This document shows positions 57,867 to 64,000 of a DNA stretch of 64,000 bases, in pieces. A program made the translations under genes and the position numbers. This stretch comes from a candidate division FCPU426 bacterium (GTDB taxonomy: Bacteria > Oederibacteriota > Muellerivitia > Muellerivitales > Muellerivitaceae), in assembly GCA_963796105.1 (NCBI GenBank), contig CAWCKJ010000002.1, positions 160,001 through 224,000 of the forward strand, read 5' to 3'. The first letter of the stretch is position 1. The number at the start of each line of letters is the position of its first letter. A model generated the notes under the pieces. That model saw only the letters and a list, made by a program, of their open reading frames with translations, was not told the DNA's origin and did not search any database.

Positions 57867-58268
57867 TTAAAGGCTTGAAATGATCATTCCCGCCAACAGC
57901 ATCAAAACGGCCGCGAGGGCGTCTTTCCAAGGTGTCGGGGATTTTGTTTTTTGGTGTAACAGGTAATTGGCCCAAAACAAGCCGGTACAGAATAAAACAC
58001 AGATCAACGGGATCGTATATTTCAAGAGAGCATTCGGCGCTTGGCCGGTCAGAACTGGATAAAACAGCAATAGCATAGCTACCACTAGGAATCCCAAACC
58101 GGAAACTCTCATCAGGGCCAGGAGGACCGCCTGTAGGGAAGAATCTATTCGATCCCAAGACATTCCGGCGGCCTTTTCGTGGAAAGGGATAAGCTTATTT
58201 GAGAATAGGCATTTATAGGCCATGACCAGGGATAAAACGCCAACTAGCAGGTACATAACATTGGGCAT
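57867..58268 (-). CDS. Small membrane protein (4 TM)
   Basis: Hydrophobic helices, PFHEKAAG..W, TKSPTPWK; start uncertain. Confidence 0.6.
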   Translation of the reverse strand: MPNVMYLLVGVLSLVMAYKCLFSNKLIPFHEKAAGMSWDRIDSSLQAVLLALMRVSGLGFLVVAMLLLFYPVLTGQAPNALLKYTIPLICVLFCTGLFWANYLLHQKTKSPTPWKDALAAVLMLLAGMIISSL

Positions 58269-58479
58269 TAGATTTACAACTTCTCTCACGCACGGCTCCT
58301 GAATAAAGCTGGATTCGGATCTCCACAACAGATTGAGAAAGCGGATATTCCTTAACGATTTATGCATTGTAACAAAAAGGGAACCATCCATAAGTCCCAA
58401 CCCTATAATGCCAATGTTTCAAATCAAATAAGTTCCTATGTGTTATGATTTTCCGTTCAAGATTCTATCGAGGTAAACA

Positions 58480-61400
58480 TTGAACTTATCCGAACTTTCC
58501 ATCAAGCGGCCTGTCTTCGCCTGGATGCTCATGGCGGGGCTCATCATCTTCGGGGCCATCTCCTTCTCGCGAATGGGGATCAGCCAGCTTCCGGACGTGG
58601 ACTACCCGGTCATTTCGGTGAATATCCGCCTGGAGGGGGCCGCCCCGGAGGTGATCGAGACCTCCATCGTGGACATCGTCGAGGACGCGGTCATGGGCAT
58701 CCAAAGCGTGCGCAATGTTACCTCCGAGTCCGAGGACAGCGAAGGAACCGTCACCATCGAGTTCGAGCTCAACCGCAATATCGACCTGGCGGTGCAGGAC
58801 GTCCAGGCCAAGGTCGATTCGATCCTCCAGAAACTTCCCAAGGAAATAACATCCCCCACCATCCGCAAATCCAACCCCGAGGATCAGCCCATCCTGTCGC
58901 TGACCCTCTCCAGCGATAAATACCAGCTCAAGGACCTCATGCTTTACGTGAACGACCGCCTGAAGGACCAGTTCTCCATGGTCTCCGGAGTGGGGGACAT
59001 CACCCTGGGCGGCTACCGGGACCCCAACCTACGCGTCTGGGTGGATGGCAAGGCCCTCGGCCGCTATGAGCTTACCGTCAACGACGTCATCTATACGATC
59101 CAGAACGAGCACTTGGAATCCCCCTCTGGCCAACTTGAGGAGGGAAAACAGCAATTGAACGTGCGCACCATGGGCGAGGCAAAAACCGTCGGGGAATTCA
59201 GCGACCTGCTCATCAACCAGCGCGGGGGCCAGCCCAACTACATCCCCATCCATTTGAGCCGGGTGGCCCGGGTGGAGGAGGGAATGGCGGACGTCCTGAG
59301 CCTAAGCCGCGCCGTCGGCGTCCCCTGCGTCACGCTGAACATCCTCAAGCAGAGGGGATCCAACGCGGTTTCGGTGGCGAAGGCCGTCCGGGCCAAGGCC
59401 GTGGAGATCCAGAAGGGCCTGCCGGGGGGCATGAAGCTGGCGGTCAACTTCGACGCCACCCGCTATACCGAAAGCGCGGTTCGGGAACTGGACTTTACCC
59501 TGGTGCTATCGGCCCTCTTGACCGCCTTAGTGTGCTGGATGTTCCTGGGGAGCTGGTCCTCCACCCTGAATGTGATCCTGGCGATACCCACGTCCATCGT
59601 CGGCGCCTTCACCGTGCTTTATTTCGCCGGCTTCACCTTGAACACTTTCACCCTGCTGGGATTGAGCCTCTCCATCGGAATCGTGGTGGATGACGCCATC
59701 ATGGTGCTGGAGAACATCATCCGACACCAGGAGATGGGGAAGGACCGTTTCCGGGCGGCCCTGGACGGGTCCCGCGAGATCACCTTCGCGGCCATGGCCG
59801 CCACGGTCTCCATCGTGGCCATCTTCCTTCCGGTCGCCTTCATGAGCGGAATTATCGGGAAATTTTTCTTCCAGTTCGGGGTGACCATCACGGTGGCGGT
59901 GGCGCTTTCCCTCCTGGAGGCCCTCACCCTGACCCCCATGCGCTGTTCCCAGTTCGTGGACATCAACCCCCGGGATACGCGCCTCGGCAAAATGATGGAA
60001 AACCTGTTTGATAAAACGGCTGTGTTGTATGAAAAGACCCTGGGAACGGCCCTGGATCACCGCTGGAAAGTGATTCTCGCAGCGCTCATCCTCTTCGCCA
60101 TGAGCTGTTCGGCTTATTTGGTGTTGAACAAGGAATTCATCCCGCCCCAGGACCAGAGCCGGTTCAACATACGCCTCAAGACCCCGGTCGGCTCGGGCCT
60201 GTCCTATTCCAACCAGACCTTCAGCAAGGCCGAGCAGTTCCTGGCGTCCCGGAGCGAGGTGGACCGATACGTGATCCAGGTCGGGGGAGGAAGCCCCGGG
60301 GATTCCAACAGCGGCTCGATCCTGGTCACGATGAAGGACTCCGGCAAACGGGGCGTCGACCCGAAAATGGGCCACGAACTGCGCCAGCAGGAATTCATGG
60401 CCGTCTGCCGTAAGGAGCTCAAGAAGATCCCCGACCTCAGCGTGGTCATCCAGGACCTCTCGACCAAGGCCTTCACGGCCTCCCGGGGCTTCCCCATCGA
60501 GTTCACGATCCAGGGGCCCGAGTGGGACCCCTTGGCGGAATATTCCAAAAAGATCATGGCGGAGCTGGATAAGACGGGCCTTGTCACAGACTTGGACACC
60601 AATTACGCCCTGGGCCAGCCCGAGCTTCACGTGGTCCCGGACCACAAGAAGGCCTCCGAGCGGGGGGTGAGCATCGCCAGCATTTCCCAGACCGTGGAGG
60701 CCATGATCGGGGGCGTCCTAGTGGGCACCTATGAGAAGGGCGGACACCGCTACGACATCCGCTTGAAACTGGAGGAGAACAACCTGGACCCGCGCGCCAA
60801 GGTAAACGGCTTATACGTGCGCAACAACCGGGGGGAACTGGTCCCCCTGTCGTCCCTCGTCACCTTCGAGAATAAGCAGGGCATGGTGGCCATCTGGCGC
60901 AGCAACCGGGAAAGGTCCATCACGGTTTATGCCAACGTCAAGGCGGGGGAGTCCCAGCAGGGGGCGCTCCAGGCCGCCCAGGAGATTGCCAAGCGAATCC
61001 TGCCGCCTGAATACCACATCACCCTGACAGGCAGCTCCCAGACTTTCATCGAGTCCCTCAAGAGTCTCTTTTGGGTGCTGATCCTGGGCATCCTGGTGGC
61101 CTACATGGTGCTGGCCAGCCAGTTCAACAGCTTCATCGACCCGCTGTCGGTGCTCATGGCCCTGCCGTTCTCAATCTCCGGGGCGCTCCTAGCCCTATTG
61201 GCCACCCACCATTCTATCAATGTCTACAGTGTCATCGGGCTCATCCTTCTGATGGGGATCGTCAAGAAAAACTCGATATTGCTGGTGGATTTCACGAACC
61301 AGATTAGGGAAAAGGGGGAAGAGTCCCTTCGGAAAGCCCTCCTGACCGCTTGTCCCATCCGCCTTCGTCCCATCCTCATGACCTCGGTGGCCACGGTCGC

Positions 61401-61608
61401 GGGGGCCGTCCCAGCCGCCCTGGCTTTGGGTCCGGACTCGGAGACCCGCAACCCTATGGCGGTAGCGGTCATCGGCGGGGTGGTCTTCTCGACCCTGCTT
61501 ACGCTCTACGTGGTGCCGTGCTTTTACAGCGTGATGTCGCGATTCGAGAAAAAGAAGGCGCACGCCGCTCTCTTGGCGAGCGTCGAACCTGAAAAAGAAA
61601 AGATATGA
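58480..61608 (+). CDS. RND efflux permease (AcrB/AcrD/AcrF family)
   Basis: SIKRPV, GIVVDDAIMVLENI, GIVKKNSILLVDF, RLRPILMTS. Confidence 0.95.
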   Translation: MNLSELSIKRPVFAWMLMAGLIIFGAISFSRMGISQLPDVDYPVISVNIRLEGAAPEVIETSIVDIVEDAVMGIQSVRNVTSESEDSEGTVTIEFELNRNIDLAVQDVQAKVDSILQKLPKEITSPTIRKSNPEDQPILSLTLSSDKYQLKDLMLYVNDRLKDQFSMVSGVGDITLGGYRDPNLRVWVDGKALGRYELTVNDVIYTIQNEHLESPSGQLEEGKQQLNVRTMGEAKTVGEFSDLLINQRGGQPNYIPIHLSRVARVEEGMADVLSLSRAVGVPCVTLNILKQRGSNAVSVAKAVRAKAVEIQKGLPGGMKLAVNFDATRYTESAVRELDFTLVLSALLTALVCWMFLGSWSSTLNVILAIPTSIVGAFTVLYFAGFTLNTFTLLGLSLSIGIVVDDAIMVLENIIRHQEMGKDRFRAALDGSREITFAAMAATVSIVAIFLPVAFMSGIIGKFFFQFGVTITVAVALSLLEALTLTPMRCSQFVDINPRDTRLGKMMENLFDKTAVLYEKTLGTALDHRWKVILAALILFAMSCSAYLVLNKEFIPPQDQSRFNIRLKTPVGSGLSYSNQTFSKAEQFLASRSEVDRYVIQVGGGSPGDSNSGSILVTMKDSGKRGVDPKMGHELRQQEFMAVCRKELKKIPDLSVVIQDLSTKAFTASRGFPIEFTIQGPEWDPLAEYSKKIMAELDKTGLVTDLDTNYALGQPELHVVPDHKKASERGVSIASISQTVEAMIGGVLVGTYEKGGHRYDIRLKLEENNLDPRAKVNGLYVRNNRGELVPLSSLVTFENKQGMVAIWRSNRERSITVYANVKAGESQQGALQAAQEIAKRILPPEYHITLTGSSQTFIESLKSLFWVLILGILVAYMVLASQFNSFIDPLSVLMALPFSISGALLALLATHHSINVYSVIGLILLMGIVKKNSILLVDFTNQIREKGEESLRKALLTACPIRLRPILMTSVATVAGAVPAALALGPDSETRNPMAVAVIGGVVFSTLLTLYVVPCFYSVMSRFEKKKAHAALLASVEPEKEKI

Positions 61609-62408
61609 CCCAGTCCAGGTTTAATGACGAAAGCACCGCCAAAATTTACCAAGACTTGCTCCTGCCTTTGATTTTTGAGCCTTGGGGCCGCTTGCTCATC
61701 GGAAAGGCAGGCCTCAAGACGGGTGACCAAGTCTTGGATGTGGCCACGGGCCCCGGGACCTTGGCCCGCATGGCGGCGCAAACGCTTGGTCCAAAGGGCG
61801 GGGTGGTTGGAATTGATAATAGTCCCCAGATGCTGGCCCAGGCGAAAGCCGCACCTCCCGTCGTCAATGGCGCCAAGTTGGATTTCGTTGAAGCCTCGGC
61901 ACAATCCCTTCCTTTTCCTGATCAGCAATTCGATAAGGTCTTTTGCCAGCAAGGGATTCAGTTTTTTTCGGACCAGTTGGGCGTGCTCAAGGAAATGAAA
62001 AGGGTGCTGAAGCCAGGTGGTTGCTTGGCCCTGGCTCTTTGGAGTGACGGCAGGGCGATGTCCCTTTTTGCTGCGATTCATGAAGCCCTAGAGGCGGCTA
62101 TGCCGGACCAGCCAAGGAGACCGCCCCCGAATTGGCTGAATCCTTCCAATCTCCGGGATTTGTTTGTGGGCGCCGGTTTTGCGAATCCTATCATTACAGA
62201 AGAAACCTTGACCGTGGTTTTAGACCGTGGTTTTCCCCAGGCGTTGGAATGCGCGATTGGCACCACTTCGGGCCCGGCCATCCGGGCTTTGAGCAAGAGT
62301 GATCGTGCCAGCTTCGAGGAAAAACTCTTCAAAAACCTGTCGCCATGGCTCAAGGGTCAGGTTGTTTTCGCCCCAGCCAGGGCGCTGGTTGCTGTGGCGA
62401 TAAATTAA
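61605..62408 (+). CDS. Class I SAM-dependent methyltransferase (UbiE-like)
   Basis: VLDVATGPG, LPFPDQQFD, EMKRVLKPGG. Confidence 0.88.
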   Translation: MTQSRFNDESTAKIYQDLLLPLIFEPWGRLLIGKAGLKTGDQVLDVATGPGTLARMAAQTLGPKGGVVGIDNSPQMLAQAKAAPPVVNGAKLDFVEASAQSLPFPDQQFDKVFCQQGIQFFSDQLGVLKEMKRVLKPGGCLALALWSDGRAMSLFAAIHEALEAAMPDQPRRPPPNWLNPSNLRDLFVGAGFANPIITEETLTVVLDRGFPQALECAIGTTSGPAIRALSKSDRASFEEKLFKNLSPWLKGQVVFAPARALVAVAIN

Positions 62409-62475
62409 TTCTGATCCGAAAACTTTCTCCCCCCTTTTTTGACCTGAAGGATTTTACAAAAATTTAACTTGATTA

Positions 62476-62493
62476 TATCGTATATATACGATA
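62476..62493. promoter_or_regulatory. Perfect 18-bp palindrome, candidate ArsR operator
   Basis: TATCGTATATATACGATA, 9 nt upstream of the arsR ATG. Confidence 0.7.
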
Positions 62494-62502
62494 AAAGAGC
62501 AC

Positions 62503-62856
62503 ATGGCTTATTCCAAAGAAGATCAATTCCATCCGAAAGACGGGGACCTTGCGAAGTACGCCTCGGCTTTGAGTCATCCCGCCCGCATCGCCATCCTGAA
62601 AACCCTGGCCAAACAAAAGGAATGTGTTTGCGGGGAGATCGTGAAGGTTATGCCCCTGGCGCAATCCACGGTTTCCCAGCACCTCAAGGTGCTCCTGGAG
62701 GCCGGCCTCATCCAGGGCGAGGTGGACGGCCCCAAATCCTGCTACTGCCTGAATCCCAAGGCCATCGAGGAACTCTCCGATTTGTTTCACAAGCTCCTGG
62801 GGGAACTGCCGAAAACGAAAGGAAAAAACGATGGAAAAAGAAACAGCTGCTGCTGA
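62503..62856 (+). CDS. arsR: ArsR/SmtB-family metalloregulator
   Basis: ALSHPARIAIL, CVCGEI, PLAQSTVSQHLKVL. Confidence 0.9.
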   Translation: MAYSKEDQFHPKDGDLAKYASALSHPARIAILKTLAKQKECVCGEIVKVMPLAQSTVSQHLKVLLEAGLIQGEVDGPKSCYCLNPKAIEELSDLFHKLLGELPKTKGKNDGKRNSCC

Positions 62857-63691
62857 GAAGATCAAATCGACCGTTCGGGAAAAATACGGGCAAATCGCCA
62901 AGTCCGCGGTGAAAACATCCTGTTGCGGCATGGAAAGCCCAAAGGAGCAAGAATCCTCATGCTGTTGCGGCGGCGAGAAAAAAGCGGAGGGGTTCTCCTA
63001 TAGTTTTATCGGGGAAGACTACGCGAAGCTTCCCGGATACCAGCCCGAGGCCGACTTGGGGTTGGGCTGCGGTTTGCCCACCCAATTGGCTCAAATTCGT
63101 GAAGGTGACACGGTGTTGGATTTAGGAAGCGGGGCGGGAAACGATGCCTTCGTGGCCCGCAGGGAAGTCGGCGAGAAAGGCCGGGTGATCGGCGTGGACA
63201 TGACTCCCGAGATGATCGAGCGCGCCAGGGAGAACAACCGCAAACTGGGTTTTAAAAACGTGGATTTTTATTTGGGAGAGATCGAGAAACTGCCGGTTGA
63301 GAGCGCGGAAGTGAATGTGGTGGTCAGCAACTGCGTGCTCAACCTGGTGCCGGACAAGGCCAAGGCTTTCCAAGAAATCTATCGTGTTCTCAAGCCTGGC
63401 GGCCATTTCAATGTCTCGGACATTGTCTTAAACGGCGATTTGCCCGGGAAAATCAAGTCGGAAGCCGAGCTGTATGTTGGCTGCGTGGCCGGCGCGGTCA
63501 AGCGGGAGGAGTACATGGGTTTCGTCCGGCAGGCCGGTTTCCAAAACGTCAAGATTTTGAAGGACCGTCCAGTGGAAGTTCCACGGGAAGTCCTGTTGAA
63601 ATACCTGACGGAAAACGAAGTCCGGGATTTGGAAAAATCCGGCATGGGAATATTCAGCGTGACGGTTTGGGGTGAGAAGCCTAAAGATTAA
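62831..63691 (+). CDS. arsM: Arsenite S-adenosylmethionine methyltransferase
   Basis: ADLGLGCG.P, LDLGSGAG.D, VSNCVLNL, YVGCVAGA. Confidence 0.93.
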   Translation: MEKETAAAEKIKSTVREKYGQIAKSAVKTSCCGMESPKEQESSCCCGGEKKAEGFSYSFIGEDYAKLPGYQPEADLGLGCGLPTQLAQIREGDTVLDLGSGAGNDAFVARREVGEKGRVIGVDMTPEMIERARENNRKLGFKNVDFYLGEIEKLPVESAEVNVVVSNCVLNLVPDKAKAFQEIYRVLKPGGHFNVSDIVLNGDLPGKIKSEAELYVGCVAGAVKREEYMGFVRQAGFQNVKILKDRPVEVPREVLLKYLTENEVRDLEKSGMGIFSVTVWGEKPKD

Positions 63692-63742
63692 AAGAAATCA
63701 GCACGATGTTGGCAGGGCCGTAAAAAATTTGGGAGGCGCCTA

Positions 63743-64000
63743 ATGGCACAGAAAGTCTTGATCTTATGCACCAAAAATTCATGCAGGTCCCAGATGGCCG
63801 AAGGGGTCCTGAGGCATTATGGCAAAGACAAGTTCATCGTGGAAAGCGCGGGCCTGGAGCCGTCGCACGTCAATAAAAACGCCATCAAGGTCATGAAAGA
63901 GATAGGCATTGATATCTCCAGCCATAAATCAAAAAATGTCGTGGATTTCCTGGGCCAGTATTTTGGATATATCATCACGGTATGCTCGGATGCGGATAAA
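63743..64000 (+). CDS. arsC: LMW-PTPase-type arsenate reductase (partial, runs off the window)
   Basis: MAQKVLILCTKNSCRSQMAEG...SAG...MKEIGIDIS...IITVC; GGGAGG RBS; absent from the ORF track. Confidence 0.9.
   Translation, partial: MAQKVLILCTKNSCRSQMAEGVLRHYGKDKFIVESAGLEPSHVNKNAIKVMKEIGIDISSHKSKNVVDFLGQYFGYIITVCSDADK

Noticed and set aside
57736..58158. N-terminal extension of the 452-aa PPK2 ORF
   Set aside because: It overlaps a membrane-protein ORF on the same strand in another frame; PPK2 homology begins near ATG 57735.

Overview
Bacterial (diderm, probably anaerobic) chromosomal window with five blocks. (1) 1-15.1 kb: a surface-glycan locus (TylF-like methyltransferase, Wzx-like flippase, deacetylase, four GT4s, WecB/TagA, WecA). 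It is interrupted by three unrelated toxin-antitoxin pairs and by long non-coding spacers built from several repeated, covarying palindrome families. (2) 15.1-38.7 kb: a cell-surface cluster with three paralogous small beta-barrel proteins of different architecture, a TPR-barrel protein, an NHL lipoprotein, two very large Thr/Pro-rich proteins sharing domains, and a T9SS-type CTD cargo coupled to a PorV/PorQ-like barrel. (3) 39-43.7 kb: a TPR protein, an ExeA-like ATPase and a prepilin peptidase. (4) 43.9-50.1 kb: an Ech (group 4e) hydrogenase operon with an in-frame EchA-EchB fusion plus hypAB. (5) 50.4-64 kb: a phosphate-related cluster (DUF47, PiT, GT, YVTN phosphoesterase, PPK2, pho-box-like repeats), an orphan RND permease and an arsR-arsM-arsC operon. 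No rRNA, tRNA, CRISPR array, integrase, transposase or reverse transcriptase was recognised. The most unusual signals are the modular hairpin-repeat system in the glycan locus (GNA-triloop hairpins, 36-bp covarying palindromes, a duplicated ~245-nt structured element, heptamer arrays) and the repeated pairing of barrels with cargo-like proteins. All calls come from motif recognition by eye; no database searches were run.
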